NCBI GenBank assembly: GCA_026026165.1
Contig: JAPEUD010000016.1
Span: forward strand, 62,001 to 126,000
DNA: 64,000 nucleotides
Reading direction: 5' to 3'
From: Sarea resinae
Taxonomy: Eukaryota
This document shows, piece by piece, positions 37,906 through 51,818 of this stretch. The position numbers and the translations under genes were made by a program. The notes beneath the pieces are model-generated. The model was not told the DNA's origin. It made no database searches and saw only the letters and a list, made by a program, of their open reading frames with translations. Each line of letters starts with the position of its first letter. Positions within the stretch are counted from its first letter, which is position 1.

Positions 37906-40900
37906 GCGCCCCAATGATGCCCCTCTTTCCCTCCCGGCCCCCTCTCACCGCCTTCACACGGACCAATGGTTCTGCACGTGGACGTCGGGCTTGGGCCTTT
38001 CGGCTTTGGCCTTTGGGCTCTGGGCTCTGGGCTACTGACAGTCACAGTCACAGTGACCCTGCATCAATTGCGGCTCCAAACCCTAATTTGGGACTCATCG
38101 ATTGATGGTTGTCAAGGTTTGTGCGGTTTGCATTGCAATCATGGAACGGATTTCTATCATCTACCCATCGGACCAAGTTCGCTGGGTTACCCTCAAACCA
38201 AGCACGGCAAGGTGATCGACCTTGTATGACGCCCGGCAGAATCCTATTCCGTCATCGGCCCACCTAGATTATACGCAGTAGCATCACAAAGATGGGCATC
38301 ATCGAGAGCTGCGGCTATCTCGATCTCGTCTATCTGAGAGTGATCAGGCATTTGGAAGTCTCGAAGAGACAGAGTCGTACAGCAGAGAGCCATGATGGTA
38401 ATCATTGATGCCATGTGTATAGGTATGCATGATGGTTCAAGTTCCTGGCCTCATGCAGCATAGCCAAGGCTGCCAATGGGGGTCATCTGAGACTCAGTAC
38501 ACAAGTCCGGATAGACATTCACCGTCCTGACATGAAAAAATGAATCCAATCTTCCGTATAGTCAACAAAAACCGCCCAAGGCCATCCCGGAATCGAACCC
38601 GCAACGTCCGTCCAAAAGAGGAAATAACTTGGCCAGCCCTCAAACCGCTTGCCCGTCCCGCAAACAAAAAGCTCAGGTCGCCCTGGCCGGAGCGATCCTA
38701 CGAAAACCCTCCTTTTGGTGGGGGTTTATCTCAATGCCGTAGTTGTCTGGCAGTTAGCTGAAGGGATGCTGTTATCACTGGATTTATCAGGTCGGTCGGG
38801 CTTCCGGGATCATTGTAGAAATCCTTTCCGTTTTCACCCCTACCGCCTAGGCCAGACTAGCCTTCGTTGAATATCTGTCCGTTATTTGATCTTATATCCT
38901 TCGAGTGCTCAGTATTCACCGCGGATAGGTAGAAGAGCCAATCCATCAAATGTCCACCAGTACGTACCAGCCTGTGATGCTCCGCCGCCCACGGATGGAT
39001 GCTTATCGCTTTCCTCCTTATCGCTTTGGCAGAAAACAGCCACGAGATGCCGCTCTTGTAGCAGAGAGGCCGTAAGGTGCAAAGTGATGAGTACTACGGC
39101 GAAACTATTACTGTTGACTCTCCTGACTTTCATAATAATGTTATGGCAATACACTCCTTGCTTTATATACTAGATATCTTCATGGGTCGATGGCCCATCT
39201 GAATCCTGTGACAGGTGGACAATCCGCCATGGAAACCTTGAACCCTACCAGATAGTCGAATCAAACCAAAGATCAGTACTTTGAGGCTGACGATGTCTGA
39301 TCGAATGAAGATCATTGGTTTTGAATCTAGAAGTTGCTCTGTCACCTGTCCGAACTCCCTCCTACAGACTTCTTCCCTGGTGGATCAATAAGCTTGCGAG
39401 CACAGCATGTTCGATTGGGATAAGTAATTAGAGAGGATATTCTTGGATGGTGACATGGACGGGTAGGATATCAAGCAATGTGCCCTCTATCCTCACGAGG
39501 GTATGAGATATGGATGAATAGTTGCGTGCACACCGCCCGAAATACATTTGGAGGCACGACGTATGACGCTTGATAGTGGCTCGTTAGTGGGAATTTTCGA
39601 AATAACCGAAAATTGACGGGCCAGGAACGGCATCTTGATTGCCTGTCAGCGCAGCCACATCCACGCTGGACACAGGGGCTGAGTGTTCCTAGCGCAGCCT
39701 TACAGCTCTATCGATGATGTAGGTGGGCGACGTATTCAGGGTCGTGGGCTTGGATGTGTATAAGCAATGATCAATGAGAGCTCACCTGCGCATTGCTTTC
39801 CCATCATGCTTCCTACATATATGATGACCTCCATTCCCGTTGCAATCTATTTCTACATAACCACTTCCGACCATAGCCTCTTTCATACCTAGTCAGTGAG
39901 TCAGCGAGTGTCCATCACATTCCTCAAACCACCCTCGACGACCGCAGACAGACACTCGCCCTGTGTCCTGAGACCGAATTCTTCCGAGCTTGCAATCCCT
40001 CATATCGGCCGGCATCATCACCATGTGTTTCGGATTCGGCCTCTTCAGCAGACGGCGTCATCCTCGCAAGAACCGCTGGATCCAGGTCGGTAGAGTCAAC
40101 GCGCGATACTCGCCGGGCGTATCGCTATAGATGTGAGACGGAAGGTCGACTTGGTCTTCCGGTCAGTGGCTACAGGGTACCGCGGGGGGCTTGTATGGTT
40201 GTATGCCGAGGTGAGTCCAATCCAGCCATGTTTTGTCACGGCTCCCGCTGATGTGGGCCGTCGCAGAAAGCAGCGCACATGTCTATGATGAAGGATGAAG
40301 TTGATAGCGGGCTATCCAGGGCCTTGATTTGATCTCTATTCGGTGTATTGGGTGGTGTCTCTTTTGTATCTTCCGTTCGGTTGCCTTTGCGAGGCGGGGT
40401 TTGGAGTTGACTGGCCTCGGGTGGCTATCATTATGTTCATGATCGCGACATAGAGCTCGAAAAAATCGCACGTCCATCTGCCACCTAAGCCCTGTATTAT
40501 TCGCCGTGACAGTATCCGCAATCGGTGTGCTGACCAAGCGCAAATCGTGCATCGCTTCTTCTTCATTTCATCTGAGACTTCATCCTTTCTCGTCGCCCTT
40601 ATCCATCTTCACAGTCTACTGACATTGAGACTCTAGACTCTGGGAATCTTCATATCAGTTTCTTTTGGTCGTCGTGTCGGCTCATCAGACGATTGTTCTG
40701 TTGCAAATATTCCCACATCGACAACACCTTCGACTCAACTCACCGCGGCTCTCGTCTCCTGCTTTCTCACGCACAACATACTACCATTCTTTCGGTATCA
40801 GTAATACAGCAGCAGATACAAAAGCACCAATCATCAGCTTCTAATCAATCATCCAATAGACTCCGCCACTGCTAGTGAGTCCAACCTTCCGTCAAATACA

Positions 40901-41012
40901 CCAACTCTTACGGACTCAAGGATGACTTGGAAAGAGCTTGCCCCAAAATAATCTTTCGGGTGATTCTGAAGCTAATCTGTTACTCTTATAACTCGTTCAA
41001 GCAACAACAAGC

Positions 41013-43572
41013 ATGGCATCCCACCACAAACGTTCTATTTCGACCGACCCGATGGAGAGTGCTGCCGACAATAAACGACACAAGGATAGAAAGGCTGAGA
41101 CTTCTGGTAAAACGACTGTAAGTAGTTCCTGTTTGTGGTTACATGGTGTTCTATCTCTGAAAGAAAACCAAGCATGAGAAGTCATCCGGGGATGAGCGGT
41201 ATCCGACAGATCAGTTCACTATCGAGGTTAAGCTTCGCTCGACCGCCAAGGCCGAACAGAATGACCTCAAGTCGCCCACAGCTCTGGTCGAACTAGTTCG
41301 CCCCGCCGCAGCGATACAGCCTTTTCCAGAAGGACAAGCCGTCTCGGTAAATCAATCTACAACAGAGGAACAAAATGCTTCAGTAGAGCCCGGTACATAT
41401 AGTCCTAGCGCGAGCATGCTCAACGCATCGCTGGAAGGAAACGCCAAGGGAGCGGGGTCAAGGTCTTCAGGATCTGAGAACAGTGAAAATCAAGATTCAT
41501 CCGAAGATGAGGACATGGAGGAGCCTTGCGAATATGATAGTGATCTTGATGGCCATTCCTCGATGGACGAATTTGCCGAGTTCACATGGCTGGAGGAAAT
41601 GGATGGACTCGTGGCTTTCACTGGAGGCTCCTCAGACTCGACAGCACATAAGAAAATTGGGTATTGTGAGGGGAAGCTGATCAGAAGGAACCAGATTCGA
41701 TCAACGTTCTATGACAGCATGGAGGAGCCATCTAGAGAGACTTCTCTTCTTGCCTTCGATCTATTTGACCGGTACGGCTGCCTACGACCAGAATTCATCA
41801 ATCATCCAATCCGGAAAGGATCTGGAATATGGAACAAGGAACTCGATGTTGGCGATATCCTACTTATTGAGTATTTGAGGATCGAAAAAGACTATCGCCG
41901 CCAGGGGCTTGGTAGAAAGGTCGTGGCTGCTATGTTAGAGAAAACTGCAAAGAAGACAGGCTCATTTACTGCCGTGGCTTGGCCAACGGCTCTTCGGGAT
42001 GAGGTTGAGAAGGAGGCAAGCACCGCATCAGAGGATCGGAAAACAGAAATTCATCGCAGCCACGAAGATATCGCTATAGACCTTTTCCGTTCCGTAGGTT
42101 TCCGCAGAATTGGATCAACTTGCTGGTTCGGCCTGGCCAGTGAAACAGGACATGCCTGCCATTCTCTGGTAAGTGCTCGTGACTACAATCCACCCGAACA
42201 TCCTCATGAGTGCGTTGAGTCAGCGATCACGCCTCTGCTTAATGACATAACGGATCTTGAGCATGACAGAGGTGTCGATGCCCTTGAACGAATGGCACTA
42301 GAGGTGCCGGTCACGGATGCATGCTGGATGACACAAGACAAAGATGGAAACGCCTTGCTGCACAAAGCTGCCATTAATTCGAAACCCAAGAGCGTCAATT
42401 GGATCATGAGTAAAAGCTTCGGTCCAGAGATGCTCACTATAAGGAATCACGAAGGCGATACGCCGGTCGAAGCGGCACTGCAAAGGCTTGAAGCGAAACG
42501 GACTCAGGAACAGATCGGCTTCGCCACTGCGCATATTTCGGACAGGTTCCAAGGACACGAGGAATCATCTGTTCTGTGCCTTGCTTTGTTGAAAGGTCTT
42601 GTCAATATGAATGGATTGGAACTCTCTAAGTTGGCCTTTGGATGCACCTGCGGGCAATGCATTTCGGGCTTTCTGAGCCCTCGCATGCGCTTCGCTCTTC
42701 TTTGCCAGGCAGAGATGACATATGACATGCTTGAAGATATAGATATGATTTCCAATGGTGCCGAATGGGTCGAATACTATGCACCCTTGCTGGAACACAT
42801 GCCCTACAGCGTTCGCAATAACTTGAAAACGAACAAGTCCATGCGGCAAGGGTTCGCAAACTTGTTTGATCACTTCGCTACATGCCTCAGAAACAAAACC
42901 GTGCCAAATGAAGCTAACGTGCTCTTCGCCTTAGATCGAGCTAGCGAATGGCCGCCGGCCACGAGAAACTTTTTAGGGAGAGGAGGAAGTGTCGCTTCAG
43001 CCGCAACGGCGATCTTCCAATGTGCGATGGAGGAAGATGAGCTAGCCGGAGATGGAGCACACCAGGAGACTTTCTCCCGAGATATCGCAAACCTTCCGCA
43101 ATGCAGAAACGACCAGGAATTCGGCTTCGTCAGTGGGCAGTGTGGCTATCAGCGTGTTTCAAATAGTCGCCATATGTCCATGTTCGCCGAACGCGGAGAG
43201 CAAGGCGAAGATGCCTTCACGAGCCCTCCTCTGTTCAGAAGCCCTTCTGCTCTCTTGAATGCCATGCGGCGCGCACGGTTCACGTCTTGCGTACCACTCT
43301 TCTTGCAATGTTGGAGCTTTTTTCTCTTGTTCTGTTATCACTTTTCTCGCCTCACTACGTGTGCTTTTTCTACGCTTTGCGTGCTGTGCTGTCCCGGGGC
43401 TGGCCTATATGTAGCTAAACGCTCTACATCAGACTGCAGGAAAGGAAGAAAGTACCTAGTCTGTCTAATTGCTTTTCATTTTGCTGTCGCGATCATTCTT
43501 CAACAGGACAGGTGGTGGTGGGAGGGAGGGTTGGGGAAGGGGGGAGGAAACAAAGGGGCAAGGTATTACTAA
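41013..43572 (+). CDS. Fungal hypothetical protein with GNAT-like acetyl-CoA-binding motif, ankyrin-like repeats and CxCxxC motif
   Basis: Exon 41013-41117 (GTAAGT donor) splices in phase 0 to an open frame starting at about 41173 and continuing through the 718-aa ORF. Motifs IEYLRIEKDYRRQGLGRKVV, DKDGNALLHKAA, NHEGDTPVEAA, GCTCGQCISGFLSPRM. True 3' end uncertain. Confidence 0.75.
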
Positions 43573-43877
43573 GACATCGCTCTAACCCAAAGATCCATGA
43601 AAAAAGGATTCCGAACAAAACCGAGAGAAATGCACCAACAAAAGAGAACTCATATTGACAATGTGCTCGATCTATCCTCATAATCCTCCTTTGCTCTGCT
43701 CCAGAGTATTTCCCAATCCAAGACTACCCTCTCTGTCCCTTTCATCTCTTCTGTTCCTCTCCTATCCGACCAATGACCACGATCCCAAGTATCTGGAGCT
43801 CTGAAGCGTGGGCAAGAGGGGCTTGGGTTTGGGTTTTGGAGTACTGTCATTACTGTCACTACTGATCTTTTTCTCTT

Positions 43878-46192
43878 TCATCCAGAATCGGAGCCGGAAT
43901 AATCGAGCAGGGCGTAGGGGTTCGACGAGCGCGGTGAAGCGTCTCGCTTCGTCTCCGTCTTCGTCTCCCTTTCTCTCTTCCGCTTCCATTTTCGCTTTCG
44001 CTGAGTTCGCGATGTGGAGGGATTTGTTGCTGTTTCTGGTACGGCTGCTTCTGATGGCGTAGTTGTGGAGGAGGATGTGGAGGTGGACGCAGATTCGATC
44101 TCCAGGGTGTGGAAGATGGCGTCGATGATGGTGTCCCAGGCCTTTTCTGCCGAGGTTGAGGGTGAGGGTGAGGGTGAGGTCAAGGGCACGGTCGAGGCCG
44201 ATGCTGATGCTGAAGAGGTGGGCTTGGGATTTGTCTGGATCGCTTTTGTCGAGAGGTTGGGCTCCTTTTTCGTCGGAACTGTACCCTGTGTACCCTCTAT
44301 ACCCTCTGCATCATCTGAAGCAGCAGCATCAGAAGAAGAAGAAAAAGACAAAGAACCAGACAACGAGCTCAAATCAGGTAGATCTCGCAGCCGCGTCTCA
44401 AGCGCGACCAGATTGGCGGTGGGAGCTACATTGCCATAGCCCGCGCGAGACATGGCCATGAGGAGCGTGGTCAGTTGGCGGAGAAGTCGTAGGGAGTACA
44501 GGACGGCCTGCATCTGGGCGTCGAGGTGGATGTCGGGCCATGTTTTCGGGGTGTTTGTGCTAGTGCGTGCAGAAGAGGACGAGGAAGAGGAGGAGGGCGA
44601 GGTTACGAGGGCTTTCAGGCTTGTGCGCGAGGGTGGCGGTCGAGAGGTCTGGGTGTACCAGGCTGTTGTGGCGTGCAGGGCGTAGGCGCGGTAGAGGTCC
44701 TGCGGGGATGATGTTGTGCGTGTGGGAGGGGGAGGGGAGGGGGACGTAGATGCCAGGGTGGAGGAAAGGTGTTGGAGGGTGGAGAGCAGATTGGCGGATG
44801 CGGACGAGATGGCGTTCTGATCCAGGGACTGGATCAGTCTCGTGGCTATGTTTTGGCCGCGGCGCGAGGTTTCACTTAATCGTGATGCTGGGTCCGTGGT
44901 GGTCTCCGCGGTGGAAGGACTGAGGGAGAGGAAGAGTGAGTAGGCTAGTGTGCGGAGCGGAAGACCGGCTTCCCATGCTGAGGCGCGTGTTGGATCGTCT
45001 AGGAGAAAGGGAAGGTAGATGTTGATTTCTTTGGCTGGATCTATTTTATCATGGGCATTTTCATCGGATTGGGGTGTAGAGGATGTCAGAGCTGGTGGAT
45101 ATCCCAGCCCCGGATGCAATTGAAGGACGAATTCAGAGATCCGTGGGTCTAGCTGTTGCACGAGACGCGATACAGTGCCTCCTTTCGTTGATGGACAGCT
45201 CATGGGAAACGGCGTATCAGCCTCGATGGCGTATTCTTTCAGAAACTCTTGATATCCTTCGCCGTACTTCCTCTCTTGCTCGGCGACCTTGGCTTTCCGT
45301 ATACACTCCCTGAAACCAGCTGTAGAGTCCCGCTTCAGGCAGAAAGCCAGATACGACAGATCGGGCAGTCCCAAGCTCTGCGCGGTAGCCGCCGGCCGAA
45401 AGAGCAAGCTCTGCAGGGGCCCATCGTGGCCGTCAGGGAGAGAGACGTCTTTGAAAAACACTACAGAGGCGTGCGAAGAGAGGGGGTGGACCAGAAGATC
45501 CGAGTCGCCCGTTAGGATCGTGCTTCCTCGAGTCTGCTCCTCTCGCGTGAGTAGGGCACAGTAGACGTCTGCTTCCCCTGGCACGAGTTGCACGAGATGG
45601 CCATAAGGGCTCTTGAGCAATGCTTCGATGACAGCGGGGACGAGAAATGCGCATGCGGGTAGAGAAGTGAGTCTAGACGGCGCGGAAGGGGCCGAGAAAA
45701 GCGCTTCGGCGGACAGGGCTAGAGGAAGGGGTGCATGTGCGGATGAAGGGGAAGTGGGATGAAATGACTTGTACACGATTAGTTGGTTCAGATTGGACTG
45801 GAGTCTCGAGGCGCGAACGTCGCGCTTCCAGACCGGGAGGAAGCCATCGAAGAAGATGCGACAGCTAGCAGAAACGGGTCAGGGAGATGTTTTCTTCGCC
45901 GCAGGGAGAGATTTTACATTTCGATTTCATGGCTACACAACTCGTCCAGCCACGCCGTGGCCGCACGCCCTATCTCGTCGTATGAGGGGGCAGCTTCGAA
46001 GGGGTTTCGCGCCTGAGGACGTAGTGAGAGGCAGCGATAGTAGATGTGATATGCGAATCCGGGACCGTCGATGATGGCTTTGGTGATGCGCGTTGAGTCT
46101 ACGTCTGTGTCTGTGTCTACAGTCTTGCTGTTCTTCTGGACCACTGCGTCTGCATAAGGTGTTAAGTGGGTGATGAGGTGCGGGATACCCAT
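43878..46192 (-). CDS. XPG/asteroid-like PIN-domain protein (XPG_I_2 type)
   Basis: MGIPHLITHL...IIDGPGFAYH, one intron near 45917-45866, then IFFDGFLP, VPGEADVYCA, ILTGDSDLLV (acidic PIN/FEN-like residues). Low-complexity C-terminus. Confidence 0.85.
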
Positions 46193-46643
46193 TGCAGTCT
46201 GTAGGATCGCTGGAAGGACACCGGAATCTACTATGTAGACTGTCTCGCTACCTCAGGCAATTACCATGAGGTGCAAGTGTCTGAGCCCGAGGGAGTTCTC
46301 GCAATCTAGGAGACTGCCGAGGTAGCCATCTTCGAAGTTCGGCCAAGTGCTTGACTGCGCAGTAGATATGGAAATTCGCCAATGTTTAACCTGTCTATCC
46401 TATCTAACAAACCGTCCCCCCATAAAAGCCAATCAACAACCACATCCTACATCATCGATCACAGACCTTTCTATTTTCCTTCCTATTCTATGCTATTCCA
46501 TCACACAATTTCTCTCGGACCGGAAACCGTCTCCGTTTGTTGAGCAGAATTTCCCAGTCCAAGTGAATGTGTCTCGCTGTCATATACCTATACTTTGTGC
46601 ACACACTATAAGCAGACAATCAGCTTATCGAAGCGCCAAAACG

Positions 46644-46665
46644 CCCCCCCCCCCCCCCCCCCCCC
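46644..46665. repeat. Poly-C tract (about 22 nt)
   Basis: Read directly. Confidence 0.9.
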
Positions 46666-47466
46666 AAACCATCCATTCCATACCCATACCCCAAAGCAAA
46701 ACTGTTCCAACTCAGGACCATTAAAGCACGAGAACATTGACATGCGCCCCCCTTCCTTCCCCGCACACACAGAGACACAGACACAGAGAGAGAGAGAGAC
46801 AGATCAGAATCCATAGATCAGGGATCGTGCTAATTTCCATTCAGCTCTTACTATTCGAGCGCATCTGACTGCCTACTAACTACATCGGCTGCTCTGTGCA
46901 TGATCTCAGCTGTTCCCTAAGGGTGCGAGGGTGTAGGAAGTCAGGGGGACCGGGGACCAGGGAACAGGGGACATGGGTATTTTTTGAAAAAAAGGTCGAC
47001 TACTGTATCCGACAGCTCTGGAAGCTATGGATCGAGACAGTAATGCCTGTCTGGCTATCTATCACTCTAGGTACGGTACCTTCGTCCTTGCTGTCGTATC
47101 TTTACCCTGTATCACAATCACCAAGCCTGAAAAGGGCACGACAGGACACGACAAGAGTCGACCGTACACGGCACAGCATGACCCTTGGATGGATTGATTA
47201 TGGTAGCAAGAACGCCAGTATAGACCGGACCACGGAATATCAAAAGAGAAGAGCCCTAGGTATCCGTCCGTCCACCGCCGTGCTGTAAGAAAGCATTTGC
47301 AGAGGAGAGAGAGAGCTAGCTGTACAAAAGCTAGATTGACACGCTAGATCAATACAGTTCGAAAGAAAGGCTATGATGAGATTCAGGTGAGGCGTAACAA
47401 AGTGGGCAGTGACGGACGAGGTGGCGCGAAAAGTCGAAAAGACGAGAACGTATAATTCGTTCAATC

Positions 47467-50400
47467 TCATTCGCTCGGCCCGGAGACACTGGGAGAATGA
47501 TAAGGGCCGCCGCTCACACTCCCCACAGTCCTAGCGACACGCTCCGCCACACCCCCGTCCTCTTCACTCGCCTTGTCCTCCCCTCCCAGTACAGGTGCGT
47601 GGAGTCCGACATTTGCAGGCGGAGACGAAGGGCTGAGGAGTGGTTGAGGCGTTTCTTGGTTCGACTGTTGTGAGGGTGCATCTGTTCCATCATTCGATGA
47701 GGTCCCCTCTTTCGGCAGCGAGGTGCCCTCCCTAGAGGGCGAGGCGGTAAGGAAATCGGCGATTTCGGCTTGCGAGGTTCCTCGCGGGTGGGCGGGGTCT
47801 TCGTCGCCTGTACGGTCTGAGATGGATAGAGAGGCCAGGTTGTGGGGATGGTAGGACGAGGCGGACGAGTGACGGGGTCGACGAGGCGATGATGCAGATG
47901 CGGATGCGGATGCGGATGCGGGCGCGGGCGCGGGCGAGGTAGTAGAAGACCAGAAATTCCACATGTTTCCAGCTTGGGCTTGATTCGCGCCATTCTCATC
48001 CTCCTCATCTTCATCGTCCGTCGCAGTCTCGAACACGGAGTCGCTCCACACGGAAGAATTCTCTCGTGTCGATCCGCGCGACCTAAACGAACGTGCTACC
48101 GCACTACTGGCATAGCTGCTTTCAGTGGGCGACTTTAAATCATGGACGTGGTCTCTGGACTCGCGCACCTCGCTGATTGATCGCCCGTGTGGCGGGTCGT
48201 TTTCTGCTGGTCTCTCATTGACCTCCTCGCCCGTCTTACTGACAGCCTTGTCCATCGGTTTCGCCCGTTCTTGACCCGGCTCTTCGTCGTCAGCCGTGAT
48301 AGCAACGTAGGTATCGGCAAAGTGCGTGTCGACGAGGTGCTTGATGACGGGCCAGCCATAGGCATTAGAGAACATGCGGCGGACGACCATGTTATTGTGT
48401 GCGTCTGGTTCGAGACGCACTAATACCTTACGCCATGAGAGATCGCGGTGGTAAGCACGGGCAATTTTCTCTTCAACCTTCATCGCGCCAGGTGGAGCGT
48501 TTCGGTTGCGAGACTCGAAATCGGTGTTTGTTCGCTTCGTGCTGTCTTGAGAATATGAACGGCCAAGACCGGTTCGACGTTTGATAGGCGCAGGAGGAAT
48601 GTCTTGAGGGTGATACACGCGGTCGTGAAAGATAGTTCGAGGTCGGCGTGAGGGATCGATGAGGAAATCCGTTCCTGGTAGCGGGGGGTTCAAGACATCG
48701 CCGGCCGATTCGAAGAAACTTGTCTTTGGAGGGGTGAGGAGATCTTCGGGATTATTGACTATCGAACTACCTCTGATAGCCGATGGGCGTCTGTCCGCAG
48801 CTGATTGCCCGCCATGGATTGACGAGTCATCATTCGCACCATCTGTCGATGTATCGTCATTGCCAAAGTCTCTGGTTTGGCTGCGTTTGTACATCCTCAT
48901 TGATCTCCTACTTGGACGAGGTTCGACCGGACGTGAGCGGAACAGCGAAAGAAAGCTATTGAGAGCACTCGGAGATTGCTCAGGAGGGTTATTTTCCTGG
49001 TTGTCGCTTGCAGCTTCTTCTTGATCTTCTGCGCTCTGGCGAATCTTGGGACTTTTTCCAGCCTGATAGCTTGTATCGACTTGGGTAGCATTATCAGAGG
49101 GTTGCGGAACCGTATCACCCTCTCCGACGGCGGTGGGGGTATTAGTATCGTCGTTATTTTCCTCATTGGTGCTTATACTGCCATCTTCGTCGACCCATGA
49201 GTTGTCTGGATTTGCTGAGGATGCGTTCGTGCCCGTCAATTCTGCCCATCCCCATTCCAAAGCCGTGCCGACCAGTCCGTTTTCTCGTCGAGCTTTATCA
49301 ACTCGTCCTAGTCCGCGCCAGTCTAGGAACAAGAGGCAACTCGTTCTCAGAGGTACAATGCCATCATTGACTACGTTCGAGTAGACGGTACGATTCCTGA
49401 ACAGCTTCAAGGCATGATGAGCCGGGCCATTGGGCAATATCCGCAGGAGCGGTTTTGAGCCGGGGTCTGCTTGCTGATGCCCCTTGACAGTACCGGAGCC
49501 GAGTCCCCCAACGAGTGCACCCCAGCCACTTCTTGCAAGAGTTGGTGTTCTCCAAGTCAAACCCAAATCCTGACCAGTTCTACCGACCAGCCCAAAGTCA
49601 AGAGCGAATTTGACGTAGATGGGATTTTCGTTACTCAGTCCGAGAAAAGGCGTCGCCATTGCAATGAAATTGACTGGCTTTATCTCCTTGAAGAAGTGAG
49701 GTGAGTGTTTATGAATGTAAGCAATTGCATAGGTTTGAGTAAGTCCGCCAAGCGAATGTGCAATAAAGCTGATGCTGGTTATCTTGTAAGGGAGTTTCTT
49801 TTTGCCTTCTGAGCTCTTGTGATGTATGCTGCTGTGTGTATGTGCGGGTGTCCCTGACTTTCGGTCACCCGCGGGCTGGCCAGAAAACGATTTTGAGATC
49901 TTTGTCCCAACCGACTTCTTCACTGGTAGAAAAGGTTGGTCAGGATATGTTATTGAGAGAATATATTTCGCAAGGCGTTTTCCAAGATGTTGAATGCCGC
50001 GTTCGGTGCGGCCAGCATTACCCGTGAAGCCGCGAACAATGACTTCTTCGTCTTCGCTTTCGTCTCCGCTGGCATCCTCATCTTTGTATAGATCGTCTTC
50101 TGGTTGTGCCTCTTCCAGACCGGGTATATCCTTAGGTCCGACTTTGAATGATGCAGAAACGCGTCGTTGCCTTTCTCGCTCTCGATGCAAAGCCCGCCTT
50201 TTCCGGGCATCTTCCCGTGCTTGTTTCGCTGCGGCATCAATGCTCTCTTTTAGATAGAGCATATCTGCACCAATGTTGCTATGGAGCCCATGTGTTAATA
50301 CCACAAGATGAATCTTCTTCTGCTTGGAGTTCTTGTGATTAGGCTTGGCCTCTGTATCCTTCCCGGACGATCTTTCACCAGCTCCACCAGTGACGTCCTG

Positions 50401-51161
50401 ATCCCCTGGATCCGGATACTCCTGAGTTTTCTCTTTCACCTTGTCCATCGTATCCCACTTCGGCAGTGCTGGTTTATTCCATAGACTTGCCGTGTCGTCA
50501 ACCACCAGCTTCACAGCTTTTGAAAACACGCCCTTTGGCTGAGCAGGGTGGTGACCCTCGTTGCTCCTCCTTCCCTGTTGATGATCCTCCACCCGCCCTG
50601 CCCCTGCACTCCCACCGGCCGCATAGCCTGCAAAGCCCAGGTCGACAGATTTTGCATCACGTCCAACGAGAAGCTCGAAGTTGACGGCTGCCGAAGTTGA
50701 GAATATAGTCTGCGATGAGACCTCGATAATCCAGGTCACACTTTCTGCTTGCTCCTCGACCGAGGTCTCTTCATCCGACCTATCCGTCCCCTCTCTGATG
50801 CTATCTGGAACTTTCAGCCGCGCCGTCCAGCTCCCTCCGGCCTTGAGGTTTGGTTCGAATTGAGGGATTCCCACCCGCCGAGGTGACTCTAGCTTGTGAT
50901 TTGGGTGGAAGGTCGATGGGTACGCTGAGACATAAAGCGTATATGGTCCATGTAGATAAGCAGCTCGTAGTGGGATAGGAGAGGAGTTCTTGATCTTGAG
51001 GTGCAAGATAGATGGAGTGGGAAGGATACGGTCCTCCGAGGGGGTGTACGTCAGGGTGTAGCTGTGAGTTGTCAGTCGCGATTCCCCACTCTGCCCAAAA
51101 CAATATCTTACCGGACAACTTCACCAAGCTTGAGACTGCCGGTCTGGTGCACGAGAAGCAT
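47467..51161 (-). CDS. DUF676 alpha/beta-hydrolase, putative lipase (Rog1-like)
   Basis: Exons 51161-51112 and 51061-47467. MLLVHQTGSLKLGEVVRYTLTYTP, HLVVLTHGLHSN, nucleophile elbow SFIAHSLGGL, ATPFLG, YSNVVNDGIVPLRTS, PDAHNNMVVRR. Confidence 0.9.
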
Positions 51162-51818
51162 CTTCTTGACGTGACGCTTCGCGGCGAGAGCTTCGTGCCA
51201 GCTGGCGGTGGCTCCGTACACGGTCACCGGCGTCCGTCTTGGTCGGCCTTTGTCTGGTATTTGAGCGAGTTCATAACAACGGGGATTGAGCAGCATTCAC
51301 GCAAGGCCGTCAGCGCGGCTTCAACGGGAGCTATCAAGGTAGGGGGAATGTTATGGAGCTTAGGGTCTGGGCTGAGTAAGCCGTCTTAGATGTGCTGGAT
51401 ACCTGTCTCGGTAGTGGGTGCGATATCGTCACTCGTCATGCCCAACAACAATATTGACAACGAGGAGGTGGCTATCGAGAAGGGTAGATTATCGCCTGTT
51501 GTTGCTCTTGACGCTCTTGATGCGCTCATCAGACTCACACGAAGGGGCGCTTCCGTGCTATTCTTATTGATATAATGAAAAGACCGAGTACCAGTCATGT
51601 GCCAGGATTCATGTTTACTTTACGTAGTACAGCTGTTCGTGTCATGTGCTCGAAGGGCCTCGCGACGTGAGATCATCAACAAAACAGTTCTTCGGCCTTG
51701 AATGCCCTCTCCCGCTGACTACTGATCCTGTACTCCGTACCTGGACGATAATGACATAAAAGCTCGTTTCTTATCATTGTTCAGGGGTATCTCTACGATC
51801 GCATAGATACTTCACTAC

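Noticed and set aside
37858..38055. Tandem short repeats upstream of IMPase as a CRISPR-like or regulatory array
   Set aside because: Spacer-less slippage microsatellites typical of this genome's intergenic DNA.
38200..40900. Gene-poor gap with an ATG-less open frame and GTGAGT donors near 39900-40300
   Set aside because: No start codon or recognisable homology; insufficient support for a gene or pseudogene call.
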